DNA of 46,182 nt from a virus (IMGVR_UViG_3300049000_000041:1-46182); one strand, 5' to 3'. Numbered from the stretch's first letter, positions 1 through 8,373 are shown. Notes: generated by a model from the letters alone, not told the origin. Program-made: numbers and translations.

Positions 1-283
1 CTCAGTCCCAAGCGCTGTATGTCCAGGCCGAGGTGAAGCAATGGGCGATGTTGCACTGTCGGTGCTAAGTGGTTGTCGCGCTTAAAGGAATCGACCGACA
101 TCATCGCGGAAAACAACGAGGTAATGAAAAAAAATTCGAGCACACAAAATGCCTCTTTTCCACACTTTATACCGTTTTTTGCTGTTTTTCTTCTTTTGCG
201 AAATTGAAACCGACGCGGTGCAAGAAAAAGGTCCTATGCCGCGCAGGCTAATGTAATTAAAATGAGGTCATCAGCAGCGAGAC

Positions 284-458
284 GAAGTATTAGGTTGCTC
301 TGAAGTATTAGAAGGTGCAGGAAGAGTTTTGAACGCGGGAACCGGTTGGCGCCGGCCCCACATCCCCGATAACAACGCAAGGGTCGAAAACGGTCTGTAC
401 TCGCTAGAGGACCGGGTGATTATCACACATTAATCGTTGCGCGCACGCGAATTTAATG
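284..458. promoter_or_regulatory. Candidate operator sites upstream of alpA
   Basis: GAAGTATTAG direct repeat at 284-293 and 302-311; GTGAT-T-ATCAC palindrome at 416-426; CATTAA...TTAATG inverted repeat at 428-458. Confidence 0.35.
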
Positions 459-492
459 ATTCTCCCTTTGCGACTTTTTGAAAGTTGCAAAC

Positions 493-756
493 ATGACACA
501 AGCAATCGCATCTGCGCCGCGCAAAATCCATCGCCGGCCGCTCGTTCTTTCCACAATGGGCATTTCGTCCAGCACACTTCGCAACCTCATCGAGCAGGGC
601 CTGTTCCCAAAAGCGGTCCAGCTTGGCCCACGCTCGGTCGGATTTCCCGATGACGAGGTGCAAGCAATCGTCTCCGCGCGCATCGCAGGTAAATCAACTG
701 ACGAGATCAAAATTCTCGTTGAAAAGTTGATGGTCGCACGCAAAAAAGCCTCATAA
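493..756 (+). CDS. alpA: AlpA-family transcriptional regulator/excisionase
   Basis: wHTH pattern VLSTMGISSSTLRNLIEQGLFPKAVQLGPRSVGF; ATG at 493. Confidence 0.88.
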   Translation: MTQAIASAPRKIHRRPLVLSTMGISSSTLRNLIEQGLFPKAVQLGPRSVGFPDDEVQAIVSARIAGKSTDEIKILVEKLMVARKKAS

Positions 757-768
757 GCGAGGCGCTCC

Positions 769-1125
769 ATGAACACACTTCAAAACGCCGCTGGGCATCC
801 AGGCGGCGCGGGACGGTCACGTCTCGTCATTCATCCAGATGAACTGCAGGAAGTGGCCGAAGAGACATTCAAGGCTGCCGCACTGCTGTCCGTCACTGAG
901 GCTAAGCCCGGCGACCTGCCGCTTTTCGACTACCTCTCCGCCATTGCGCGCGTGAAGGGGTTCCAGCACGGCGAGCTGATCCTTTCATTGATCCAGCGTC
1001 CGGATCAGGCGGCTTGCGCGAAGGTGCTGGCTCTTGTCCGCGAGGCAATCGACTGCATCGGCGGGCCCGGCGAAATGTTCGACTGCGTGGACATGATCAG
1101 CGCACCAGAAGGGTCGGCGCAATGA
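769..1125 (+). CDS. Phage hypothetical protein
   Basis: 118-aa ORF with GAGG RBS; ATGA overlap with the next gene. Confidence 0.65.
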   Translation: MNTLQNAAGHPGGAGRSRLVIHPDELQEVAEETFKAAALLSVTEAKPGDLPLFDYLSAIARVKGFQHGELILSLIQRPDQAACAKVLALVREAIDCIGGPGEMFDCVDMISAPEGSAQ

Positions 1126-1229
1126 AGTCGATTATCAAGAATCTGACTATGTGGCTGCACAACCGCGGCGTCTTGGGGATGGGTGCCACCACTTGGCTGT
1201 TCGCAGCTTTCGACCTGCGGAGCGCGTGA
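1122..1229 (+). CDS. Small hypothetical protein (35 aa, MKSIIKNLTMWLHNRG...)
   Basis: Coupled on both sides (ATGA at 1122-1125, TGATG at 1227-1231). Confidence 0.5.
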   Translation: MKSIIKNLTMWLHNRGVLGMGATTWLFAAFDLRSA

Positions 1230-1465
1230 TGGATACGAAAATTGACGACACCCTGTTGGTCCGCGGTGCGCCAGAAACGGTGATCATCGAGACCAGTGCC
1301 GCGTGCTGCGAGACTGGCGACATCCTCGCGTTCAAAGTTTATTTGCTGCTGCCACCAGCCGACGCGATCAAATTCGCAAACGCTATTCTGCACGCCGCCG
1401 CAAACCTGCCTGAGGAAGACTTCTCGGACGTTCCGGCAGAGTTTCTGGCAGGCGACTCGATATGA
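1229..1465 (+). CDS. Phage hypothetical protein (MDTKIDDTLL...)
   Basis: TGATG overlap upstream and ATGA overlap downstream. Confidence 0.55.
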   Translation: MDTKIDDTLLVRGAPETVIIETSAACCETGDILAFKVYLLLPPADAIKFANAILHAAANLPEEDFSDVPAEFLAGDSI

Positions 1466-2304
1466 GCGCCCTGATCAAATACGACCAGGCGCGGCAAGCG
1501 CTGGCCGCATGCCGCAACGTCGACGACATCAAGGACGTACGTGACAAGTCCGAAGCGATGCGGCTGTACGCCAAGCAGGCGAACGACACCGAGCTGGAGC
1601 AGTGGGCCGCCGAGATCAAGCTGCGCGCCCAGCGCGCTATCGGCGAGTTAAGCGCTGCGCTGGAAAAGCAGACGAACCAATCCGCTCTTCCCAGCGGTGG
1701 GAAGAGCAAAAGCGAGACGCTTGCCGACGCGGGCATCTCGACATCGGCGGCCAACCGCTACGAAAAGCTGGCCGCCATTGCTGATTCGGCCATCGAGGCA
1801 TTCATCGCGAAAAGCAAGCTGGAGGGCAAACCTGTCTCCGTAAAGTCGGTGATGGCGACGCTTGCCACGAAGGAACCAGCGCAACCGCCGGCGCCGCCCG
1901 CACCTGCGGCGCCGCGCGACCACGACGATGCGCCCGATTTCGGCATTGTCGGCGCAGCCCTGCCGGCGCCCGTCGCGGCAGATGACTCGGACGACGACGC
2001 GCCAGACCCATTCGAGTTGCTGCGCGAAGAGCAGGCGCGTGCCGAGCAACTGCAGGACCAGGTCGACACTCTCGCCGCGCGCGTAAAGCTGCTGTCGCAA
2101 GGCGACCTCGCCGCGCAGCTGATCGCGCTCGAGCTGGACCGTGACGGCATCCGCAACCGGGCTGCCATGCACTACGAAGAATTTTCGAAGGCTAACAACA
2201 AGGTCATCGAACTGAAAAAGCTGCTCGACAAGCTGCGCAAAATTGCCGGCGTGACGAAGTACACCGATCTGGCCAGCCGCATCAGCCCAGTGGCAAAGGG
2301 ATGA
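1462..2304 (+). CDS. Phage protein with HTH-like N-terminal domain, Pro/Asp-rich linker and coiled-coil C-terminus
   Basis: N-terminus (YDQARQALAAC..VDDIKDVRDK..AEIKLRAQRAIGEL..LADAGIS) resembles a common phage DNA-binding module; coupled to the helicase. Confidence 0.7.
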   Translation: MSALIKYDQARQALAACRNVDDIKDVRDKSEAMRLYAKQANDTELEQWAAEIKLRAQRAIGELSAALEKQTNQSALPSGGKSKSETLADAGISTSAANRYEKLAAIADSAIEAFIAKSKLEGKPVSVKSVMATLATKEPAQPPAPPAPAAPRDHDDAPDFGIVGAALPAPVAADDSDDDAPDPFELLREEQARAEQLQDQVDTLAARVKLLSQGDLAAQLIALELDRDGIRNRAAMHYEEFSKANNKVIELKKLLDKLRKIAGVTKYTDLASRISPVAKG

Positions 2305-3785
2305 TTATGGAACTCGAACTTCGACCACTCCAGGTGCCAGTAGTAGCGGCCGCGCAGGATGCGTTCCGGCGCGCCAAGAACATCCTCATCCAAGCGCCTT
2401 GCGGCTTCGGCAAGACCGAGCTGGCAACCTACCTGCTCAAAATCACGAAGGCGAAAGGCAACCGCGGCGCGTTCATCATGGATCGCATCAGTCTCGTCGA
2501 CCAGGCCTCGGATCGCTTCAAGAAATACGGGCTCGCGCACGGCGTGACCCAGGCCCAGCACGAGGATTTCGATCCTCTTGAAACGATCCAGGTGTGCAGC
2601 CTGCAGACGATCTCTGGTAAGCGCGGATGGCCAGAGGTGAAGCTCCAGATCATCGACGAATGCCACGTACTCTCGACCAAGCTGAAAGAGCGCCTCGCGA
2701 AACGTGAGTGCTACACCATCGGACTGACGGCCACGCCGTTTACAAAGGGGCTGGGCAAGTACTTCGACGTTGTCATCAACGCCGCGACCACGAACCAACT
2801 GATCCGCGAGGGCTGGCTGGTGCCGTTCCGTGTGTTCGCAGCGTCTGAGCCCGACATGACGGGCGCCAAAGTCATCGGAGGCGAGTGGAGCGAGAAAGAA
2901 GCCGAGACGCGCGCGATGCCGATCATTGGTGACGTTGTCGATGGATACAAGCAGCACGGCCAAGGGAAAAAGTTCATCGCATTTGCTTCATCGGTCGCGC
3001 ATGCCGAGGAGATGCAGCGCCAATTCATGGCCGAGGGCGTGATCTGCAACTTATGCACCTACCGCCAGACCGACCTGGAAAAAGACGACGCAATCGCCGA
3101 ATTCCGCAAGCCGGACAGCTACATCCGCGGCCTGATCAGCATCGAAAGTCTGACGCGAGGTTTCGACGTGCCGGACATCGAGGTGCTGATCTTGGCACGG
3201 CCGCTGCGCAAGGCACTGGCCGTGCACATCCAGATGATCGGGCGCGTCCTGCGCACATCCGCCGCCACCGGCAAGACCGAGGCGATCGTGCTGGACCACA
3301 GCGGTAACTGCATGCGCTTCTGGTCCCAGGTGCAGGACTTTTTCGAAAACGGCATCGACGAGCTCGACGATGGCAAGCCAAAAGAAGCGAAGCCAGCAGC
3401 TGAGAAAAAAGAAGTCCACCCGGTTAAGTGCCCGACGTGCTTTCAGGTCCATGACCCGCTGCCGGCGTGCCCGTCGTGCGGCAACCTCTACGCCAAGTCG
3501 AAAGAAATTTTGCGCGTGGCTGGCACGCTCGAAGAAATCAAAGCTGGCAAAGCCGAGATCCTAATTTCGCCCGCTCAGAAAATGAAGTTCTACGGTCAGC
3601 TGCGCCAGTACGCCGCCGATAAGCGCAAGGGTGACGGCTGGATTATGGCGAAGTACCAGGAGCGGTTCAGCGAGTGGCCAGGCCGGAAGGACGTGCCGCT
3701 GGAATTGCCTACAGAGGAAACGCTGAAGTGGATCCAGCACAGCAACATTCGCTGGGCGAAGTCGAAAAAGGCCAAGCAGCCATGA
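2301..3785 (+). CDS. Superfamily 2 DEAD/DEAH-box helicase with C-terminal Zn ribbon
   Basis: APCGFGKT, IIDECH, GLTATP, RGFDVP, QMIGRVLR; CPTC..CPSC. Confidence 0.95.
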   Translation: MIMELELRPLQVPVVAAAQDAFRRAKNILIQAPCGFGKTELATYLLKITKAKGNRGAFIMDRISLVDQASDRFKKYGLAHGVTQAQHEDFDPLETIQVCSLQTISGKRGWPEVKLQIIDECHVLSTKLKERLAKRECYTIGLTATPFTKGLGKYFDVVINAATTNQLIREGWLVPFRVFAASEPDMTGAKVIGGEWSEKEAETRAMPIIGDVVDGYKQHGQGKKFIAFASSVAHAEEMQRQFMAEGVICNLCTYRQTDLEKDDAIAEFRKPDSYIRGLISIESLTRGFDVPDIEVLILARPLRKALAVHIQMIGRVLRTSAATGKTEAIVLDHSGNCMRFWSQVQDFFENGIDELDDGKPKEAKPAAEKKEVHPVKCPTCFQVHDPLPACPSCGNLYAKSKEILRVAGTLEEIKAGKAEILISPAQKMKFYGQLRQYAADKRKGDGWIMAKYQERFSEWPGRKDVPLELPTEETLKWIQHSNIRWAKSKKAKQP

Positions 3786-4738
3786 GCGACTTTCTGCAAT
3801 TCGTCCAGCGAAACGGGATTATGGTCCCCGATTCATTTACGCCCGGCCGATGGATCCGCTGCAAGACCGCCAGCCACCCGCGCAAGCGCAACGGCAGCAT
3901 CAAGCTGGCCGACGACGGCATGGTGGGCTGGTGCCAGGATTACGCAGTGCACGCCGAGCCGATTATGTGGCGCTCGACCGATGCCGAAGCGATGGCAGCA
4001 CCGATTGATCGAGCGCTGATAGCTCGCAGGCTGGCCGAGCGCCGCGCCTCGCTGATCGAGGCCACGTTGGGCGCGCGCGCATATTACGAGCGCTGCACGC
4101 CGCTGCGTGATTCGCATCCGTACCTGATCGAAAAGGGCCTGGGCGTCGCCGGTTGCGTTGGCCTGCGTGTCGACGAGGCCGGCTCGCTGGTGGTGCCCAT
4201 GCTCTACAACGGCAAGGTGCTGAGCCTGCAGCGCATTCAGGTCGACGGTACGAAAAAATTCCATTTCGGCGCCACGACCAAATGCGCCTACTACGCGATC
4301 GAGCGCCCGCGCGCGACGCTGACGGTCCTGGCTGAAGGTTTTGCGACCGGCCTGACTATCTTCAACGCCGTGCCGAACTGCCGCGTCATGGTGGCTTTCA
4401 ACGCCGGCAACCTGCCGGTGGTGGCCGAGCGCATGGATCGATTCGCCATGGGCGTCGTCTGCGCTGATAACGACTGGGAGACAGCCGCGCGCATCGGGCG
4501 CAACCCGGGCCTGGACGCCGCGCGCGCCGCCGCCGATCTGCTGGGAGTGGGCGTCGCCGCGCCGAGCTGCAAAGGGTCCGACTGGAACGATTACGCGATG
4601 GAACAGATAGAGCTGGCCATGGAAGGCCAGGAGTTCAGTTTCAGCCGCAAGCGGACCGTCACCCAGGTGCAAGCCAGCGTGTACGCCGACATCAAATTGA
4701 AGGTGATGCGTGAAGCGCGTCTGATGCGCGCCAAGTAG
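3782..4738 (+). CDS. Toprim-domain primase-like protein (no fused helicase domain)
   Basis: LAEGFATG, VAFNAGNL, CADND and SDWND motifs; start at the ATGA overlap (3782). Confidence 0.88.
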   Translation: MSDFLQFVQRNGIMVPDSFTPGRWIRCKTASHPRKRNGSIKLADDGMVGWCQDYAVHAEPIMWRSTDAEAMAAPIDRALIARRLAERRASLIEATLGARAYYERCTPLRDSHPYLIEKGLGVAGCVGLRVDEAGSLVVPMLYNGKVLSLQRIQVDGTKKFHFGATTKCAYYAIERPRATLTVLAEGFATGLTIFNAVPNCRVMVAFNAGNLPVVAERMDRFAMGVVCADNDWETAARIGRNPGLDAARAAADLLGVGVAAPSCKGSDWNDYAMEQIELAMEGQEFSFSRKRTVTQVQASVYADIKLKVMREARLMRAK

Positions 4739-4744
4739 TGCGGC

Positions 4745-5120
4745 GCCAGGTGGAGCGGACAACACCTTAGAAAAACGTGCAACGGCCTGGATGGGCCTAC
4801 ACCGCGAAAACACCTACGGCACCGTCGAACACCAGGGCACAGCAAGAACAAGGCGCAGAGGGGGCCTTGCCGAGGCGTGAGAGCACATGCCGGAGCGAAC
4901 AGGGATACAGAGTTGGAATATTTGATCGGCCTGGAGGGCGCATTTTTAGAAGTGCACCGTCGAGGCCGATTCGAGGGGGAGGCCCGGGCAGGCCTTAGCG
5001 GAATTGACCAGTCGTGAACATGCCACTTTCGATGAAAGTTTTTGCTGATTTTGCTCGGGGCCGAAGTACAGCCCTTACTACTGAGTGCCACTGCTGAGGG
5101 TCCAACCAACCCCTCTAAAT
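4745..5120 (+). ncRNA. Candidate structured ncRNA or structured replication origin
   Basis: Many nested helices, several with G-U pairs that work only on the + strand, and a possible pseudoknot; no convincing ORF (see findings). Confidence 0.45.
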
Positions 5121-5142
5121 GACAACTATGGGCGAATGAAAA

Positions 5143-5331
5143 GTGAATCGGCCACTACCGGAAAAGATAGAGCAGCGCCTGGCCGAACTGCTGGCGCTGG
5201 CTGAGTTTGACGAAGGGGAGGTGGCCTGGTGCCGCAGGTCGTACTGGGGCGCTCGGGACGACGGGCACAAGATCCTGGTCGCTTGTCACGACATGGCGAT
5301 GCGCCGGGCCGGGACCACCACCGCCGAATGA
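5143..5331 (+). CDS. Small phage hypothetical protein
   Basis: 62-aa GTG-start ORF abutting the late regulator. Confidence 0.5.
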   Translation: MNRPLPEKIEQRLAELLALAEFDEGEVAWCRRSYWGARDDGHKILVACHDMAMRRAGTTTAE

Positions 5332-5332
5332 A

Positions 5333-5860
5333 ATGCTTGCATTACGGGCCGCTGCGCACCGCTTCGCGCAGCACGCGATATCGCAACAGGAAGCCAACAC
5401 AATGAACAAAGACTGCAAAAATCCTAACGCTGACGGTAGCGGCCCGCGCCTGAACGACAACCAGATCGACGCGTACTGCCTGGACTGGGTGCGCTGGTGC
5501 GACACCCGCAAGTTCTACCTGAGGCCGGCGCCACAGGGCCTGCTGGCTAGGATGCAACCATCAAAGAATGGAGTCGAGCCGAACATTCGCAACGATCCGG
5601 ACATGGCTTTTTTTAACTCTGCAATCCACGCGCAGGCTGATATGCCAGAACACGCTGAGGGCTATGCCTGTTTTAAGGCGAAGTACATTGAGACGGACGA
5701 GTTGATTAAGGTCCATGTGGATAAGATGGACATTAGCCGGATGACCTACTACCGCCGCGCTAGAGCATTCGCACGGAAGGCGCTATCACTTGCCGGCAGC
5801 TTGAAACGTGTGCACGCGCAGTCTCTGCATGCCTCCGATGACGCGCTGATGGAGGACTGA
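5333..5860 (+). CDS. Putative late-gene regulator (antiterminator Q-like, C-terminal HTH)
   Basis: Last early gene; W-x2-W N-terminal motif and C-terminal MDISRMTYYRR HTH; alternative start ATG 5402. Confidence 0.65.
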   Translation: MLALRAAAHRFAQHAISQQEANTMNKDCKNPNADGSGPRLNDNQIDAYCLDWVRWCDTRKFYLRPAPQGLLARMQPSKNGVEPNIRNDPDMAFFNSAIHAQADMPEHAEGYACFKAKYIETDELIKVHVDKMDISRMTYYRRARAFARKALSLAGSLKRVHAQSLHASDDALMED

Positions 5861-5905
5861 TGTAACGTTTCACTGAGACAAAATAGATTTTGAGAAATGT
5901 TACAT
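5860..5905. promoter_or_regulatory. Inverted repeat in the putative late-promoter region
   Basis: ATGTAACGTTTC (5860-5871) and GAAATGTTACAT (5894-5905), 11/12 complementary. Confidence 0.55.
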
Positions 5906-5988
5906 TCGATGCGAAAATAAGCACTTATTCGATAGTCTAAAAAATTGACTCCGAAGATTTGCTACTTACAAGATATGTCTGAGCATTG

Positions 5989-6019
5989 AAAACCCGCCCT
6001 GAAAAGACGCGGGTTTTTT
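5989..6019 (+). terminator. Intrinsic terminator (tR'-like, possibly bidirectional)
   Basis: AAAACCCGC...GCGGGTTTTTT. Confidence 0.75.
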
Positions 6020-6139
6020 ATTGGCCGTGGATGTTTGCATCGGACGAAAATTGCGGCAGGCATCCACGCGCCGAGCTTTGTTGCTACCTGCTAAATCCAG
6101 TGTTGCGAACCCAAAAGTCGGCAAAGACCATCCATGGCG

Positions 6140-6742
6140 TTAAAAGCTATCGCGCTTGCCCTTGAAGCGCCTGCTGGCCGCGAATCCCAGCAGCCCAATA
6201 CCAAATAAGGCGCCAGTGTATGGTTCGGGCACGGTTCCGCCCGAATCCTCATCCAGCGTCAAATTATCGATACTGAAATGCGAGTCAATGTCTTGCAAAT
6301 GCAAGCGATACACACCAGTGAATCCATCGAAGCCGGAATCTGTGTGAATCGTCGATGCCGACATGGCGTAGGTGGCGATTAAATTATCCAGTGCATCGTA
6401 GGCGGTCCAAATACCGATTGCAGCCGAGTCTGCATAAGAAACGTCAACCGACGTGACGCTGAATGGTCCTCCATCGAATATGAAGTCATAGCTAGAATTG
6501 CCGAAAAACGTCGGATCGAGATGCAACTGCTGTCCAGATGGATAATCCCAGAAGATGTTGCCGTCTGTAGAGATGGCAGTGATGCCTGCCTCCGTGTAGC
6601 TCGACATCGATGTCTCACCTGGCGGGAGCCCTGAGAACGTCATCACTGCAGCCGATGACATTCCGCAGGCCAGTGCGCCAAGGGATAGGACAGCCGCCAG
6701 ACAGAATTTCTTTGCAATATTTCCGACAACAAATGTACGCAT
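6140..6742 (-). CDS. PEP-CTERM sorting domain protein (moron)
   Basis: N-terminal signal peptide; C-terminal VPEP, TM helix and basic tail (VPEPYTGALFGIGLLGFAASRRFK). Confidence 0.92.
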   Translation of the reverse strand: MRTFVVGNIAKKFCLAAVLSLGALACGMSSAAVMTFSGLPPGETSMSSYTEAGITAISTDGNIFWDYPSGQQLHLDPTFFGNSSYDFIFDGGPFSVTSVDVSYADSAAIGIWTAYDALDNLIATYAMSASTIHTDSGFDGFTGVYRLHLQDIDSHFSIDNLTLDEDSGGTVPEPYTGALFGIGLLGFAASRRFKGKRDSF

Positions 6743-6785
6743 GATTTTCGCCTTTGTAGTTAGTGGAGTACAGCACAGATATCAA

Positions 6786-6801
6786 TGCAAATTTGATGCC
6801 A
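6786..6801 (-). promoter_or_regulatory. Sigma-54 promoter of the PEP-CTERM gene
   Basis: Minus strand TGGCAT-CAAAT-TTGCA matches the -24/-12 consensus. Confidence 0.82.
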
Positions 6802-6819
6802 GAATAATTAACTGAGTGA

Positions 6820-6879
6820 AATCAAGCACTAGCAAATTTACCGGCGTCGCTCAATATAAAAACGTAAGAAATATCGACA
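6820..6879 (-). promoter_or_regulatory. IHF-like site and putative PrsR-type enhancer
   Basis: AATCAAGCACTAG (6820-6832) is close to WATCAANNNNTTR; minus-strand TGTCGATATTTCTTACG (6863-6879) resembles the TGT...TTTACA-type motif upstream of PEP-CTERM genes. Confidence 0.5.
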
Positions 6880-7083
6880 AAACGTTAGTTTCTTCAGCCT
6901 ACTCCAAGTTTCACGGAGGGATGTATGTTCCTCGAATGCAGTGCTACTTGGAACGGGTTAATGCGAAGGAGGATTAGAAATATCCTCCATCTATTAATGA
7001 ACTATTAGAGAACTTTCGGGCCAATTCCGCTGCCACCTCTTTTTTCCATAAGTGGTACGTGACGTGGTAGATCGCTGGCAGTT

Positions 7084-7116
7084 GCCGCTACCGCTCATGC
7101 GCTAGCGGCTTTTTTT
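7084..7116 (+). terminator. Intrinsic terminator
   Basis: GCCGCTA...TAGCGGC followed by T7. Confidence 0.75.
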
Positions 7117-7137
7117 CGTCTCTACACCAAGGATCGC

Positions 7138-7275
7138 ATGCGCTACTCAGCACGTTGGAGCGACGGCTTCTGGAAATTGTTCGACCACGTCCGCTTCACC
7201 GACGTGCAGAACTGTCCGCGCCAGGTGGATGCCCAGACTGCGGCGAACAGCCGTAACGCACATGTCACGAGGTAG
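7138..7275 (+). CDS. Small hypothetical protein (45 aa, MRYSARWSDGFWKLFD...)
   Basis: AAGGA RBS; translated by hand because it is below the track cutoff. Confidence 0.5.
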   Translation: MRYSARWSDGFWKLFDHVRFTDVQNCPRQVDAQTAANSRNAHVTR

Positions 7276-7279
7276 GTCG

Positions 7280-7519
7280 ATGAGCCACGGTCGAGCAAGC
7301 CAAGAAGCGTTTCGACTCCAGATGGTACGCGCCGTTGTCGGCTGCCCGCCAGCTGGCCAGTTCATCGTGGCTGACTCCGCGGCGCTTCAAGGCCTGGCGC
7401 AGTGCTTGGCCGAATTAGAGCAGGCCCGGTCAGTCCTCCGCGCGAACGGGTGGGGTGATTTCGGCACGTCGATCCTTGAGGTTGCCAAGTCCATACCGAT
7501 GAAAGCAAAGCCATGCTGA
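7280..7519 (+). CDS. Hypothetical protein
   Basis: ATG at 7280, 4 nt after the previous stop, with upstream GAGG; operon-like spacing. Confidence 0.5.
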   Translation: MSHGRASQEAFRLQMVRAVVGCPPAGQFIVADSAALQGLAQCLAELEQARSVLRANGWGDFGTSILEVAKSIPMKAKPC

Positions 7520-7638
7520 CCATGCTCGACTGCTTCATCCGCGGCGCGATGGTCGGTGCCAGCATGCTGGCCTTCGGCGGCCTGTGCTGGGCGATGGCAC
7601 GCCAGGGTCGGCAGCGTTGGAGCGCGGAGCGGAGGTAA
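7513..7638 (+). CDS. Small membrane protein (41 aa)
   Basis: Hydrophobic segment with a basic tail; overlaps the previous stop. Confidence 0.35.
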   Translation: MLTMLDCFIRGAMVGASMLAFGGLCWAMARQGRQRWSAERR

Positions 7639-7642
7639 TCCA

Positions 7643-7948
7643 GTGATCCACCTGGTGATGACGCCGGCGACGTCGAACATTCGCGCTTATGACCAGCCGG
7701 ATGGCTACGAGAACCGCGTGCCGTACCTGGCCATCCTCACGGTGATGCATCTGACCGACAAGGTCGTTTACCTGCAGGGCGCCTCCGGCAAGGTCGACCG
7801 CGAGACCTGGACAAAAGCATTCGAACTGCTGCGCGATCGCGGCGTTACCACGGTGATGCTCGAGCGCCGCGGGCGCGTGAGAACGATCGAATTACAAGCA
7901 TCTGATTCGGCAGCTAATGTGCCGTCCACCCCATCCCCTGAAGGATAA
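7643..7948 (+). CDS. Phage hypothetical protein
   Basis: GGAGG RBS and GTG at 7643; abuts the next gene. Confidence 0.6.
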   Translation: MIHLVMTPATSNIRAYDQPDGYENRVPYLAILTVMHLTDKVVYLQGASGKVDRETWTKAFELLRDRGVTTVMLERRGRVRTIELQASDSAANVPSTPSPEG

Positions 7949-7950
7949 AC

Positions 7951-8373
7951 ATGTCCAGCACCGCCGCATTCCCGAATCAATTCAAGCTCGACGCCCTGGT
8001 TGCAGCCTGCCCACCGGCAAACGTCTACAAAATCGCGCTGTATACGAGCCTTGCGACCTTGAACAAAGCCACGACCGCGTACACCGCGACTGGCGAAGTC
8101 TCCGCTACGGGAACCGGCTACACCACTGGCGGTGCGACGCTCGCTGGGATCACCCAGACGCTCGATGCTGACACGGCCATCATGGATTTTACGGACCCGA
8201 GCTGGCCTAACTCGACCATCACGGCGCGCTACGCCATGATTTACGACAGCACGAACGCCAACAAGGCGAAAGCCATCCTCGACTTCGGCGGCGACGTCAC
8301 ATCCACGAACGCACCGTTCCTCGTGACCCTGCCGGCGCCGGCCGCGGCGACTGCGGTCATCCGGATCGGCTGA
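7951..8373 (+). CDS. Small virion fibre/bead-type structural protein
   Basis: Thr/Ala/Gly-rich beta protein with YKIALYT..GEVS.TGTGYT.GG.TL and DFG.DVTSTN motifs typical of phage fibre-associated proteins. Confidence 0.65.
   Translation: MSSTAAFPNQFKLDALVAACPPANVYKIALYTSLATLNKATTAYTATGEVSATGTGYTTGGATLAGITQTLDADTAIMDFTDPSWPNSTITARYAMIYDSTNANKAKAILDFGGDVTSTNAPFLVTLPAPAAATAVIRIG

Noticed and set aside
1-104. Possible 5' end of a minus-strand gene (MMSVDSFKRD...) running off the window
   Set aside because: Too short, with no clear RBS or motif; cannot be called a repressor
352-370. CCCC-rich tract as a left-hand arm site for the P4-like integrase
   Set aside because: Poor match to GATACCCC and no core repeat shared with the right end
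3674-3781. Longer starts in the ORF track (3674, 13254, 20696, 29599, 30597, 33998, 38141)
   Set aside because: Most overlap upstream genes or terminators, and 38141 is a TTG with no support; downstream ATGs with coupling or RBS fit better
4777-4998. 73-aa ORF (and antisense 4591-5109) in the post-primase gap
   Set aside because: No RBS, Arg/Gly/Pro-biased, not coupled to neighbours; secondary structure explains the region better
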